From the NCBI RefSeq assembly GCF_009914755.1, contig NC_060930.1: a stretch of 64,000 nucleotides of DNA; one strand, written 5' to 3'. Positions 1-25,820 of this stretch are shown here, one piece after another. A program made the translations under genes and the position numbers. This DNA is from the human T2T-CHM13v2.0 reference genome, Homo sapiens. The notes beneath the pieces were generated by a model. That model did no database searches. It worked only from the letters and a program-made list of their open reading frames with translations, and was not told the origin of the DNA. Within the stretch, counting starts at the first letter, position 1, and every line of letters starts with the position of its first letter.

Positions 1-132
1 GAATTAATAATAATGATGACACAAGTTATCAAAACCTCTGGGATACAGCAAAAAGCAGTGCTAAGATGAAAGTTTATAGTGCTAAATGCCTACCTCAAAA
101 AGTCAAGTCTGAAAGAGCACAAGGTGACAACT
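1..132 (+). mobile_element. Old L1 (L1PB/L1MA-like) ORF2 fragment, continues upstream of window
   Basis: aacctctgggatacagcaaaaagcagtgctaag...ctaaatgcctac; a diverged paralogue of 2520-2640 in this window; ends abruptly at ~132. Confidence 0.75.
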
Positions 133-898
133 CCTAAAAGAGCTCCTGAAGGAAGCACTAAACATGGAAAGGAACAACTGGTACCAGCCACTGCAAAATC
201 ATGCCAAAATGTAAAGACCATCGAGACTAGGAAGAAACTGCATCAACTAACGAGCAAAATAACCAGCTAACATCATCATGACAGGATCAAATTCACACAT
301 AACAATATTAACTTTAAATGTAAATGGACTAAATGCTCCAATTAAAAGACACAGACTGGCAAATTGGATAAACAGTCAAGACCCATCAGTGTGCTGTATT
401 CAGGAAACCCATCTCACATGCAGAGACACACATAGGCTCAAAATAAAAGGATGGAGGAAGATCTACCAAGCAAATGGAAAACAAATAAGGCAGGGGTTGC
501 AATCCTAGTCTCTGATAAAACAGACTTTAAACCAACAAAGATCAAAAGAGACAAAGAAGGCCATTACATAATGGTAAAGGGATCAATTCAACAACAAGAG
601 CTAACTATCCTAAATATATATGCACCCAATAGAGGAGCAACAAGATTCATAAAGCAAGTCCTGAGTGACCTACAAAGAGACTTAGACTCCCACACATTAA
701 TAATGGGAGACTTTAACACCCCACTGTCAACATTAGATAGATCAACGAGACAGAAAGTCAACAAGGACACCCAGGAATTGAACTCAGCTCTGCACCAAGC
801 GGACCTAATAGACATCTACAGAACTCTCCACCCCAAATCAACAGAATATACATTTTTTTCAGCACCACACCACACCTATTCCAAAACTGACCACATAC
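133..898 (+). mobile_element. Internal fragment of young L1PA (ORF1 3' end, inter-ORF spacer, ORF2 endonuclease domain); no poly(A), no TSD
   Basis: ORFs 278..508 (MTGSNSHITILTLNVNGLN) and 451..948 (MGDFNTPL); near-identical to ~6266-7033. Confidence 0.93.
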
Positions 899-10457
<9,559 letters not shown>

Positions 10458-11871
10458 CAGAACTTTACCATTGTTATGATAGCGTAGGAATCACAATGAA
10501 GTATTCTTATGTGAGAAATTTGTTTATGACAATCTGTATTACACATTATATCATGTATCACTATTTTATTTAATTAAAATTTATTTTAAAAAAAGATAGT
10601 AATATCTAGGACCATATAGAAAACCAACAGATTTCTTTATATGGTCCTTAGCACATGAAGCTAGTAAAAATGAAATTATTTGTAATGGGTATATGTAGTC
10701 ACTCATTTATTCTTATTAGCTATATAATAGTACATATATACATACATACATACTATTCTCTAATAACAATGTAGAAGACAGTCTGTATATATAATGTATA
10801 TAGCATAATGTATATTGTATGATATAGAAATATATTTGAGTGTATTAGAATGATTGTAAGTACACCAAATATCTCACTAAATGAGAATAATTGAGTCAGC
10901 CTGCTTTATTATAGATTTGAATAATATATCTTAAAGAAATTTCAAATGAATTAATTAGAACTACCTGAATTATGACAAAGATCATATTGTAAGACCCAGA
11001 AGTTGCACAAATCATTGCTGCTCTCATCCTGTTGTCCAGAATATAGTTGCTCTGCCACAGCTATCTGCAAGAGAGTCTGTGAAATATGTGAAATGTTATA
11101 TCTAACTGAGCAGCCATGTGCCCAACTAAGACTCAAGAGGTCTGTTATTAAAATATTATTAAAAGTAAGAGAGGGGGACCAGGTAGAGTGGACCCTCCAT
11201 CTCTGACATATCTAGTCAATATATTAGACAGATGTCAAATGAATAAGGCAAATAACATTTACTGCAGAAAATTAGATACTGAGCATATACAGCATCTGTC
11301 ATATAAATTCATAAATGATTATTAATTGAAAGTTTTTTTGTCCTTAATCTACTGTTATTTCAAGAAAGTTAGAGATTTTGTCCTGTAACACTGTTTATCT
11401 ATATCTGGAAAATACCCAAATTTGGTTGCTAAGTTACCAGTTGATTTTACAGTTGAAACCTAATTGAATTAAGTAATCTTTAATAATAGAAGAGAAACTG
11501 CATAAGTAAATTTAAAGGACCCTAAGTTAATTCCAATTAATGATTGTGCATAGTTCTAAACAAACCAGTTAATTATACAGTACATAAGAACTAAAAATTA
11601 ATAAAAGAATAAATATAAATCAGCATTTTTCCTGAATACATTTTATTTCCTTTTTCTGCTCATTCTCATAAACGTAGTCATCTTTTTTGACACACCTCAT
11701 ATTAAGATCTATGTGTAACAAGTATGGATTCATCAGCATTTTCATGTTGAATAACAACTAAAAAAGAAAACATAATAGAATTAGAAGATCAGATATGTAG
11801 ACTCCCAGTGATCAGAAAGCAGAGAAATGTCCTTCCTAGCCTTATGTTCTCCAGTTACTCAACAAACATCT

Positions 11872-12034
11872 GGCCGGGCATGGTGGCTCACACCTGTAGT
11901 CCCAGCACTTTGGGAGGCTGAGGCGGGCAGATCACTTGAGGTCAGGATTCTGAGACCCATAGGAGGCTGGGACTACAGATGTGCACCACCACACCTGGCC
12001 AATTTTTGTATTTTTGTATAGATGAGTTTTTACT
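11872..12034. mobile_element. Rearranged Alu: sense 5' ~86 nt joined to an antisense internal Alu piece
   Basis: ggccgggcatggtggctcac...gagacc (11872-11957), then gctgggactacag...aatttttgtattttt (~11964-12034). Confidence 0.8.
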
Positions 12035-13374
12035 ACAGCTCACCAGCACTCTCAGGCACAGTGCCATCCTCATATACTTCTGGAGAGGAGAAGGGGTCAC
12101 TGTTCCCACATTTAATTCCTTCAGCTTTTTCCTACACCCATTTTTTTCCTCCACATTCCTAGGAGATACAATCATTTCACCATGAAAGAGTTTCCTTATT
12201 ACTGTGTCTAAGATGGATGCAAATCAGTGGTTTTTAAAATTAAAATATAATTTGAAATGATTTGAATATACAATATATTGATATTTGCCATTTTTGCAGT
12301 GATATGATCGTGGAAAAGACATTTATTAAACAAGCTCAAAAAGTAAGTTGTAATCTCAGAAACAAGATAATAATAGGTGTTCAGTGTCTGTCAAGGAATT
12401 AGCATTAAATCAATCACATATATGACTAAATGCCTATAATTAAGGGACAGGGCTGATGCAAGATATTGCCTGCCCCATTTTCTTTCTGCATTGCGTGATT
12501 GAGCTTCTCAAGCCAGCCTTTTCTTTATTAATGTTTACTAATAGAATTCCAGCACTTTGCCTTGAAACTATAGGTCATTTGAATTCCTAATAAAAATAAT
12601 TCAAATGATAATAAGAAAATAACATTTCCTCTCCACTACAGTTGCAGAAAAGCAGATTTAGTTTTGTGACATAAAATTTAACATAGAAACATAATTACTA
12701 ACAAATAAATCTTGTAAAACACTTAGGCTTCAAAGATAATTGCTATGCCCTGTAAAAGTAACTTCTAGCAACTAAACAATCTATCGTAATTGATTGCCTT
12801 AAAAAGTTGTTTTCCTAGTTAATATTTGTACAAACTCTTCCCTATTTGCCCAGGACCTTTCTAGTTTTAGCACTGAAAGTCCCACAACCCAGGAAAACCC
12901 TTACTCCTAGATAAGCTCAAAGGGTTGGTTACCCTGACACCATTATGTTCTAGAAGGTACAAATGCATGTAAATTTTCTTTGTAAAGTCAGAACAGAATT
13001 ATTGCTACTTAGCTCTTTTCCCTTAAGCAGGAAGGTAGTAAAACCTACAACTGCAATATTCCTTGCTTAAACAAAGAGATTAAGGATCTGTGCCTCACTT
13101 AAATTAACAATGCAAACAACTGTAAACTACAAATTTTCATAATAATTTTAAATAAGTCAAAGTGCCCTGAGTCCCATAAAATAGACATACATTTTTGGTT
13201 TGTTAAGTACTCAAAATAAAAAGAAACATGTTAAATAGTTCTAACATGTAATAAAATAGATTTATAATTAATTTCAAACTGACAACAATAATTTTGGTGT
13301 TCTCTTAAAACTTAGAGAGGCTTTGAGTAGAATGGTTTAATGAGCTCAGCACTATTTAAAAACTGCCCTGACTA

Positions 13375-13740
13375 GAATGAATCTTGCAGTGCTGGATTAG
13401 AATTAGTGATATCAGTATGAACTCATTTTTAGCTTAATATAAAAACAGATGGATAGACATAATAACAATTATAAATATGTGTACATACATCTATATAGAT
13501 ACGAGGGTTAGTGCCTATGTGTGTTACCTAGCTCTGTCCTCAGAGAAGGCCTAGAAGCAAAGACAACCTAGTAGCAATTAGCACACCCAATGACTGATCT
13601 TGGACATAGGAGCCAACATGAAAGAGTTTCCAATGGCCACAGCTGAAAAAAGTTAAACAACAAAATAAGTAACATAACATAGAATTACAACTCAAAATAT
13701 AATATATGTATAAGATTCCACTAAATTTGTAATAAAGAAA
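13375..13740 (+). mobile_element. Ancient L1M (L1MC/MD-like) 3' region fragment
   Basis: gtgctggattagaattag...ggcctagaagcaa...ggagccaac...ccaatggccacagctg motifs. Confidence 0.55.
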
Positions 13741-14229
13741 AAAATAAGGGCAATAAAAACAAGAAATGAAAGGTTATAAGAGACAAGAAAGTGGATATTG
13801 GCAAAAAATATATTTCAGAATACATTTGGAAGAAGGAAAGGAGTTGGAAGGTTCTGGAAACTGATTAATCAAAATGGAGAAAAACATGAACAAAACTGCT
13901 TACAGAGGGACAATTTTCCTCATCAAATCTTGTGAATGCTCAGCCAGATTCAAAGTAAGGTAGAGTTGAGGCACAGGGCTGGAGCAGGGGCTTTGGTTAA
14001 AAGTTCATATGTGAAACATTCGTGTTCCCCCTTACCTTCTACACGCTAGGTATAAAATCCTGGGAGCCAGGTGTCCATTCTCAAGAGGGCACCTTCTCAA
14101 GGAAAATTGAGAGGCTCAAGAGAAAAGATGCTCTCTGATACCATAGATTAAATCTTCGGAGGTAGTCAATATATGGCATCTATGAAACAAGGATGGAATG
14201 TTGATTCTTTCAGCTAAAAGGGGTATCAG

Positions 14230-14950
14230 AAGCAAAAAAACAATTGGAAGAGGCAAATTATCAGAGAAATAATACTAGAGAAATTCTCAGAGATAGAAAA
14301 GTCACTAGACTGAAAATTCCCACTGAGTCTCCAAAATACTGATTTAAAAAAACTGAGTTAAAAAGAAAGACCTGAGGCACATTATTAGAAATTTTATAAT
14401 GTATATAATGCCAGATTTGAATACAACAAATGAGAAAATATAGGTTACTTGACAAAGAATGAGAATGACCTGGGGTTTCTCATTAGTAACACTGGATGTT
14501 GCTAGAGGACAGGCAAGCAGAACCTTCAGAAATATGAGAGAAAATTATTTTCAGCAATTAATCTTCTACTCTGCAAAATTATCAGTCAAATGTAAGATAA
14601 AATAAATATATATTTGTAAATGTACAAATTTAAATAAATTCTGCTTAGGTTAATTTAAGAATTTCTAAACAACATACTTCAAGAAAATAATAGAGCTAAC
14701 CATAAAGAGAAAAGTAAGGAAACTTGAAATGGTTCAATCTAACAAAATGGCTAAGGGAAGTCCCCATATGCAGCTGAACAACAAATCTAGAGAACAATCA
14801 GGCCAACAGTCAAGAGCAAAAGAAAACAGGCCTTCAGGGAAAAAAGGAGAGGAGGTCAAATAAGTTTTCATACAAAATGTAGAAAATTTAGAAAAATGTA
14901 AAGGTACATGGATGGAAATTGGACAAAACAAGAAGGAACACTTAGAAACA
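14230..14950 (+). mobile_element. Ancient L1M ORF1-region remnant
   Basis: A-rich, degenerate ORF1-like motifs (gaaataatactagagaaattctcag; ggcacattattagaaatttt; ttctcattagtaacactggatg). Confidence 0.45.
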
Positions 14951-15064
14951 TTAGGAAAAATTTTAAACTATATAATAAATGAATGTATTTAAGAAAATAT
15001 TGATTTTTGATAACTTAAAGTAGATGTATCTTGAAGTAGCTATATCTATACCTACTTTAAGTGA

Positions 15065-15142
15065 CATATATACATATATGTATATATACATTTATGTGTG
15101 TATATATATCTACATATATGTACACATATATGTATATATATG
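15065..15142. repeat. (TA/CA)-type alternating simple repeat
   Basis: catatatacatatatgtatatatac... Confidence 0.8.
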
Positions 15143-15629
15143 TGGAAGGCTATGGGAGGGGAGGGAGGTGTCCCTAAACAGATAAATCTTTACCAGTGAA
15201 AACAGGAAGTCAATAAGTCATCTCTCTCAATTTGAAAAATAAGAATATAATAGCATAAGCATATCATTGTAAATAAGAACATAACCACTGAAAATAAAGC
15301 AAATAAAGGAGTTAAAAATTATTGCTTCTTCATGGAGGTGGCAATGGATAGTGGATTGCTGCCTTTACATGTTCTATCACTAAGTAATGTTTTTAATATG
15401 TATATTTTTATGTTAAATTTTTATATTTAAAAGTAAAATATTAAAGACCTTACATTTTAAAAATCAGAGAAATAATACCAGAGAAGTACTCAAAATAAGG
15501 GGTAGAAGTGTTTAGCGCATGGCCCAATTATATTATTTTGAATTATTAAAGATTAAAGAAAAGATTCAGAGATAGAAAGAACCTTGTGTTAATTCCAGTT
15601 TATTTTCTTGCCTGTATTTTCTTTCTTTT

Positions 15630-15780
15630 TATTTTACTCAATAGATATTTTTCTTGAGCATCTAACAGTGCCAGGTACCATTCAAGGAACTGGGGGATAT
15701 TAGTAGCTGAAAATCAAAATTATTGCTCCACAGAGCTCATTCCTAGCTGGGGGAACAGATAATTTAACAATAAAACATAG
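15630..15780 (-). mobile_element. L2 3' fragment
   Basis: tactcaatagatattt..ttgagcatctaacagtgccaggtacc. Confidence 0.5.
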
Positions 15781-16234
15781 CGGATATTAAGACATGATCA
15801 ATTCTTAGGGAAAAAAGAGCAGCAGTTAAACATAGTCATTTCACAGAAAATTCTGAGTGAATTAAGCATTTTTAATAGTTTCCTGCTTTCTGTCAACCTG
15901 CTAATATTTCCTAAATCTTAGATTACAGCTATTTTTCAAAGGTACTTAAAAGTTGAAAGAATAAGCCAATAATCAACCACATACCCTTCACCTAAATTAA
16001 TCAATTCTTAACAATTTGCTACATTGGCTTCCTCTTATTCTCAGAAAGATAGATAGCAGATAGATAGAAAGACAGACTATTTTATAGATTGATAGATGAT
16101 AGACCAATAGATAAATAGATGACCATGTTACAGTATTTAACTTTTTACTCAGCTGCTTCAAGATAAATTATAAGCATCATTACTTTACCTCTACTTCACT
16201 GTGCATCTCCTAAAAATAAGAGTATTTTCTCAAA

Positions 16235-18341
<2,107 letters not shown>

Positions 18342-18369
18342 CTGTTTTTTTAAAAAAGTTTAAAAAAAA

Positions 18370-19036
18370 ACAGTTGCTAGCAAGGCTGTGAAGAAAAGGG
18401 AATATTTATACACTGTCAGTGGGGACGTAAATTAGTTCTGCCACAGAGGAAAGCAGTTTGGAGATTTCTCAAAGAACTTAGAACTGCCATTTTACCCAGA
18501 AATCCCGTTACTAAGTATATATCCAAAAAAAAGTAAATCATTCTACCAAAAGGACATATGCATTCACATGTTCATCATAGCACTATGCACAATAGCAAAT
18601 AAATGGAATCAACCCAGGTACCCATCGGTGGTGGAATGAATAAAGAAAATGTACATACACACCATGGAATACTATGAAGCCATAAAAAAAGAATGAAATT
18701 GTGTCCTTTGCAGGAACATGAATGCAGCTGAGGGCCTTTATGTTAAGCAAATTTACACAAGAACAGAAAACTGAAACCACAGGTTCTCACCTATAAGTGG
18801 GAGCTAAACATAAAGATCAACATAGTAGTCATGGACATAAATATGGCAACAATAGAAATTGGGACTATTAGAATGGGGAGGTGGTGAGAGGGGCAAGGAT
18901 TGAAAAACTATTGTGCACTATGCTCAGTAACTGAGCAATGGGATCATTCATACCCCAAACCTCAACATCATGCAATATACCCAAATAATAATACTACACA
19001 TGTACCCCCTGAATCTAAAATAAAAGTTGAAAAGAA
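18370..19036 (+). mobile_element. L1PB4-like 3' end
   Basis: ...cataccccaaacctcaacatcatgcaatatacc...gtaccccctgaatctaaaataaaagttg. Confidence 0.75.
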
Positions 19037-21251
19037 AAAGCATCACAGCTAGGCAGAGGCAAACAAGCTCAAAAGCTGGTGACCTTTATAATGGAATAGC
19101 ACAATACTGGGTCAATACTGCCTCTGCTTTTTGGAAGAATGTCCATGTACTACGAATAGAGGCTCTAGTGTCAGGGAAAATAGCATATTAATAATGGTCA
19201 ATTTCTTGGCTCTTTCTTGTCACTTTTAGCAAAATCTGTGAGGGAGAAATAAACTTAATAATTATCAAGTCTGCAAACTGAAATTAAAGAGAACACAGCT
19301 TTAAATCTGTTCTCTGCCTGTGGGCTGCAATCAAAGTTGAAAGAGAGAACCATTTTGAAGCCTCCAAATTACAACAGCAACCATTGTTTTCATACTTTGG
19401 ACAAAAGCAGTAATAAGAGGTGTCTGTAAAACGACCAGATCGAGATTATGACTTCCCACTGGAACCATTATTTCAAGTGTCCTCAAGAGATCAGCCTTGA
19501 AGCTGAATTAAACCATTGGAGAGAACACCAAAGCCAAAACTTTTTTAAAAATGAGACTTTTCAGGCTTTAGAATTATGTATCTATAGAAAAGCCAGAGTA
19601 CTATCATCGTTTTTGAAATGCATATAAAGCTACTGCAGCAGCCCAAGACTACAACCTTGAAAAATGTCCCTGCCCCCTTGACTTCTATCTTAGAGAGAAA
19701 AAACCAGCTGCTCACTAGCACTCAATAGTCTACCCTAAAGCAGTTATATCAGAAGTGCTGAAAGGGAGGAAATCTGTTGTTGGTTTTCTTTCTCCTTAGG
19801 AGGTCTAGCTGCTGTTGGCTAGACTAATGACAAGTTAATTCAATCAGAAGCAGTCTTCTGGGTTACCCTTCTGACCAACATAATGTTACCTCATAACCTT
19901 TAATACTTTCTGAGTCAAAATATTTTAATGCTGGTCTTTGATACTTGTCAAGGGAAGAAAAAAATGTAAAATACGTCTATGTCTTTTCAAATAAATTACT
20001 TAGGTTAGATAATCACAAAGCTAGAATTCAGAGATAGCTCTTACATACCTCATGAAGGAGGTGAAGCTTGAGGGATAGGTAGAATTTAAATTAACTGAAG
20101 ATTATTTCAAGCAGTATAAACAGCATACACAAAAGGCTGTGAGAAGTCCTGTGGCCTGTGCATAGAAAGCTGGACTGGTTTCACTGAAGCTTCAGGCATA
20201 AATGAAGGGACATGTTGGGTAGGGACTTGAGTACAAAGTAAAAACATTCTAACTTTGTCCTATAAGTAACAAGGGTTCTTAGAGAACAATGGGTGATGTT
20301 TGAAAACACTGTTTTAGTAAGAGTTATATAGCAATGCCCCAAACTAAACCAGGGAGTCAGCCAGGACTCAAGAAACAGCACAAGTTCAACTAAGGAGAGT
20401 GAATAAGCAAAATGCAGTAAGTTGATGACTAAACTAGCAAGCCCCTTTAGTGCTCACCAGCAGTCAGGGATGGCAGGGGTAAAACGGAGTCAACTCTGCT
20501 TGTTTGGAAAAACTCTTCTATTTGTATTTCTACAGAATTAGACTAATACCAATTTGAAGACTTAGGTCACATATGATGGATTATCCTTGCCACTTGAGAA
20601 CTTTTTAAACCTTTCCTTTTTCCTTTCCCTAATTGTTTCATGGTAGATCATGAATGCATCAAGGAGCAACAAGAGTCAGATCTGTGACTCATCCATCGAG
20701 ATTAAAATCTGCCCAAATACATAATTAAGTGACTATGAATGTGTTGAAAATGCCAAAATAAACACAGACAGAGGCTCTTCTAAGCTTCCTAAGCAACTTT
20801 GAATTTTTTTCATCAATTTGTATAATATACTCTCTGCAAGCTTTAATAGAGACAGGACACAAAACATTGTCTTTACTCATTCTCATTTATGTCCATCAGA
20901 TTGCGTTACCTTGCCTGGTAATGTACTAGAATTTCCTCTGAATTTTAGACAAGGTGATCGTGAAATGTGGTACAGTCTCAGGTGGTTTAGCAAACAACCT
21001 TCCACATCAGTGCAGTTATCTCAGCCTTTAAACCATCAGCTCTGGATTATAAATTTGATCTGCCAGCTTATGAACTTGAGTCAAAGACAAAGAACATTAT
21101 GCCTTGCTTTGAAAGGGGATTAGAAGCAAAAATGAACTCAAGTGTTAAAAAAAGTACTAAAAAATAATGAAACAAAAAATATATTATCAGTACCTCTCTA
21201 AGCAACAGGATATACTAACATGAATACAACAGCAATGTTACTATTTGCTAG

Positions 21252-21255
<4 letters not shown>

Positions 21256-21297
<42 letters not shown>
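21256..21297. repeat. (TC)n microsatellite
   Basis: ~21 perfect TC units. Confidence 0.95.
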
Positions 21298-21300
<3 letters not shown>

Positions 21301-21900
21301 CTCTCTGTTTATCTCTTACCTTTCTTTTCTTTGGTACACTATATCCTTTTAAACTATGTTTGCCCAAAGGCAAAGATAGTTTTTGCTGGTATTTTTCTAC
21401 CTCTGAAGAGAAAACAAGGGTGAGTGTCATTTGAAGATGGACAGTATCTTATTTGTTCTGTTGGAACTCCTGCACACTGCAGAGACTTGGTAAAAGCTTA
21501 AAAATAAGGAGGAAACCTTTCAGTGGTACCATCAAGATCAATGTCCAAGGTTATACTAAGAACAAGAATTTTAACTCCACAATTCCTGCATTTGTATTCT
21601 CATAGATATAGAAAAACCCTTCTGAACTCAGGCACTTAACCAACCTGGTCCTAGCTTATAAAGAAGATGATAATTCTGATTATCATTTTTCCTCCTTTTT
21701 CCTACTCCTAAAAAAAGAAAGCATAGCCCTCAAGCAGAAATTAACTGGACATTTTCTTTTTTAGTTTAAAGATTTATTTGACTAATAACGTTGTCTAAAT
21801 TATGGGACCGTTTTCTTAGCAGGTTACCATGCTGTGTTAACAAGGAGACAAAGACGATTGTCTGGTGCAGAACCCTAGGAGCTCTTCCTGGGTTGCCAAG

Positions 21901-22352
21901 TGTTATTGATTGAATTGTGTCCCCTACAAAGATATGTTAAAGTCACAGTGTCTAGCGCCTGTGAGTGTGATCTCATTCAGAAATAAGTTATTTGCTCATG
22001 TAATCAAATTAAGATGAGGTCATTAGAGTGGTCCCTAATCCAATATGACTAGTGATCCTACAAGATGAGAAAAATGCCGTGTGAAGACAGAGATACATAG
22101 GGAGAATGTCATGTGACAACAGAGGCAGAGATTGGAATGACACAGCTGCAAATCAAAGAATGTCAAGGATTTTTGGCCACCCTACAAGCTAGGAAAAGGC
22201 AAGGAAGCTTCTGCCCAAAGTCTCGGAGGAAGCATCATATGAAAATGCCTTGATTTGAACTTCTGGCCTTCAGAACTGTGAGAGAATGAATTTCTGTTGT
22301 TTTAAGCCACCCATTGTGTTGCTTTGTTATAGCACCCTGGGAAACTAATACA
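21901..22352 (+). mobile_element. MaLR solo LTR (MLT1C-like)
   Basis: tgttattgattgaattgtgtcccc ... ttctgttgttttaagccaccc ... gaaactaataca; TG..CA ends. Confidence 0.85.
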
Positions 22353-23650
22353 GTCAGCAATGAGCTAGTTGAAACCAATAGCTTTCCCTTTTTCCAGTCA
22401 GAGGAACTGCACCAGAACTTGACTTCTCATGGGACAGATACCCCCAATAGTCTCTAGGTTCTGGGCAGCTGACAATTCCCAACATGCCTTAAACAGCCAT
22501 TTTTCTCCTATTTTACCAGGCATCTCATACTCTGTCCCCATTAAAACGTAGAGCAATGGGAAGTAGAGATCCCCTGCAGAAGCATAGGCCAAGCACAGAA
22601 TACTAGAAAAATAAGAGGAGTGTCACAACTGCTGACTTGCCACTCATTAGTGCCACCTGCACCGAGTGACACACTGGAACTTGCCCCATGCCCTTTGCAG
22701 CACATATAATGCACTCAATAAAATCTGACATTCCATTTACATATTAAATGACATTTGGAATATGCATAGAGCTCGTATTCTAGAGTCATGATGTCTGGCT
22801 TTGAAAGCTGTCTCCTGCACTTACTAGCAATATGACCTTGAGCAATGTATTACCCTTTTTGGCCTTGGTTTCCTTATCATAAAATGAAGTTAATAAAAGA
22901 TAACAAGAATTTCCTCTGGGTGTCCTTGGAAAAGTTAAATGGAAAAAAAATCCATGTGAAGTGGTGCACACACTTAGAATACAAGTTCTATATAAGTTGC
23001 TTTGGTTGGTACTTCTTTTGCCTGCTGTAAGCCTAAAGTAACAGAAAATTTATTTCTCATGACTGATGAAGCATTACCAGTCTCCTAGAGTGCCAGGCCT
23101 CTATCTTCTTACAACTATCACACTGACAAATTTCACTGGCTCATCATTTTCTCTTTCATGAAGTCATTCTTGGGTTTCACGTCCTTAAAGACAGCTATGA
23201 TTCCTGTTTCGATTATTACTTTCCCTAAATCAATAAGCAAAACAACTACTTAAATTTTTGTACTTAAGAACAGATCTGTCTGAAGGCCTCCAGGCCCTAT
23301 CAGATGCATACAAATGGTGATTGATGAATGTCAGGTATGACCATCACAGTCATTCTGTTGCTTTCTTACTGAACTGAAAACAACTAGCCACCATATCCCA
23401 AGAGAGTTTTAAATTGTCTTTAAGTTTTTTCAGATGCATAGTTTGCACTCATCTAGCCATCAAAATGTCTATAATGTAGCAAAAGCTAATGTTTGAACAA
23501 GAAAATATTGTGATATTAAATTCATTTTGATCCCTCACTTATTGGGAATAACCACTCTCACAGCATTGAGTTATTTGCAGAGAAAAGCGTTGCACATAAC
23601 AGCCTAAACCTTTCTTTCTATCTCATTATTAAGATGCAAAACGCCCCCGT

Positions 23651-23651
<1 letters not shown>

Positions 23652-23689
<38 letters not shown>
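23652..23689. repeat. (CA)n microsatellite
   Basis: ~19 CA units. Confidence 0.95.
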
Positions 23690-23691
<2 letters not shown>

Positions 23692-25127
23692 CATGCACAA
23701 AAATATAAGGGAGTTTTTTTTTAATACAAATGCAAGAATTCCAACATCAATCATGAAAGCCTTTGGGATCCATTTTTAGGTCACAACATATAGTTAAATT
23801 TTAGTCAATATTTTAAACCAAGCATAACATAATATGTCATTATAAAATCCATTTCAACAAATCATGCTTTCTTTACATAATTAACTTAAAGAATTAAGTG
23901 GTGACTCACTAGCTAAAAGAAAACAAGTCACAACTTGTCCTTATAATGTAAACCTATGTTACGCATTTAATAGCGAAAGAGAGTGGAGGTCTCATTCAAT
24001 AACCTAAATAAATACATACATGCATAATAAACAATAAATAAAGCAAAAGAAGTCCAGAAGAACAGTCCTTTACTTTTGTGTTCCCACTCGAGGTCCCAGG
24101 GAGTATTTGGGAGGCATGCCTCCAAATTACTCAACTTCTCCATTGGAAGCTTCTCCATAGACCTGGTAGGAAGAGGGAGCTTTCAGTTTAGAGCCTCTAA
24201 GCCACTTCAAATAGCCAACTTCTTCTCCTCAGTAAGACAACCCATCTGTTTTTGAACTTCTCATTCTTTTCCTCTCCTTTAAATCTCAAAGTCCATTTAC
24301 CCCCTTTTGCTTACCAACTGTACCAGGTCAAGCCTATTTATACTCTTCTTAGTTTTCAAAGCAGTTTTGCCCATCTCTTTTCTCATCTGCATCTCCAGAT
24401 ATGAGAGAGGTGGGGTGGGATAGGGTGGGAAGAGCTCCATTTAGGGTCTGGCCCAGACTGGGTTATCTATGAGATAAGATGAACCTTCAAACTATTCAAG
24501 CAGACCTTCTCTTGACATATCCCATTTATAATTATGCTTCAAAACAAAAGGAAGCCTCTGTCTCTTTTTTTAGCACCTTTTAAATTGCTTTTAAAAGGCC
24601 TCCTTAGTTACCCATAATTTGGTATATTTTAAGCTCCTGAAATTGGGTGAGGCACGAGAAGGAGGAACCCAACCCTATGACATGTATATTACGGTTATTA
24701 TTAAAAAGAAATTCATAAAATAATCTTTAATTATATGCTAATTTTAAAACATTTTACTTGAATTACAAAATGACAACTTTAATTACTAAACAAATTATAA
24801 AAGTATATAGGTCTGTGAAACTGTCCAAGAGTCAAAAGGCAGTCGATCTACTCCATTATTCTAGACTACTAGGACTTCTCTGATATGTCCTGCTCAACAA
24901 TTGATTGTATCACTTTGACACTTTTTAAAGACCACTGATTCTTGATGTTATTGATTTTTAAATTTTCCCTTTGAAAACTTTAAAACAATACTAAGAAAAG
25001 AACAAAGTAATGAAGAAAACAGTAATGAAAAAAAGCTAGAAAACACTCTATGTGTATGTGTGTGTCTTATTGTTATTGTTGTCGACAATCTCATTTGTTG
25101 ACAGCAAGATTGGCTTTGGAGACCACC

Positions 25128-25510
25128 GTTATAGACTGAATTGTGCATGCCCCCCACCCCAAAATTCATATGGTGAAGCCCTAAGCTCCATGTGACTATA
25201 TTGGAGATAAGGCCTTTAAGGAGGTGACTAAGGTTAAATGAGGCCATAAAAGTGGATCCCTGTTCCAATAAAACTAGCATCCTTATAACAGAGGAAGAGA
25301 TACCAGTGAGCTCACTCTCTGCCATGTGAGGACACAGTGAAATGGCAGCTATCTAAAAGCTAGGAAGAGAAGCCCTCACCAGAAACTAAAGCCTCCTGGA
25401 ACCTTAATCTTGGACTTCCCAGCCTCCAGAATTGTGAGAAAATAAATTTCTTTTGTTGAAGCCACTCATTCAATGATATTTTGCTATGGCAGCCCGAGCA
25501 CATTAACACA
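25128..25510 (+). mobile_element. MaLR solo LTR (MLT1A-like)
   Basis: gactgaattgtg..ccccaaaattcatatggtgaagcccta ... ggacttcccagcctccagaattgtgagaaaataaa. Confidence 0.85.
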
Positions 25511-25639
25511 ACCACTGAATGTTTGACAGAGTAAAGGAAGGGCTGCATAATATGAACGGTTTGAGAAAACCTGTCCTAAGACAAAATCACCATTTTGAAA
25601 ACACATTGCATGTGAGTCTTCAGCAATCTTTTGATTTTC

Positions 25640-25820
25640 TTTTTAACAGATTAAGGAATTATTTGGGCGAGCTTCAAAAACTACAAATTCCTGGGCCACA
25701 GTCTCAGGAATTTTGATTCAGTAAGTTTAGGGTGGGCTCTGATTCTGTTTTGTCTCATTTCATTGTTTCATATTCCCCAGATGATTCTGATGCCTAGCCA
25801 GGTTTAGAAACCACTGCTCC
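25640..25820. mobile_element. MER5-like hAT-Charlie remnant
   Basis: attcctgggcc...tgattcagtaagtttagggtggg...ccccagatgattctgatgc...gaaaccactg. Confidence 0.6.
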
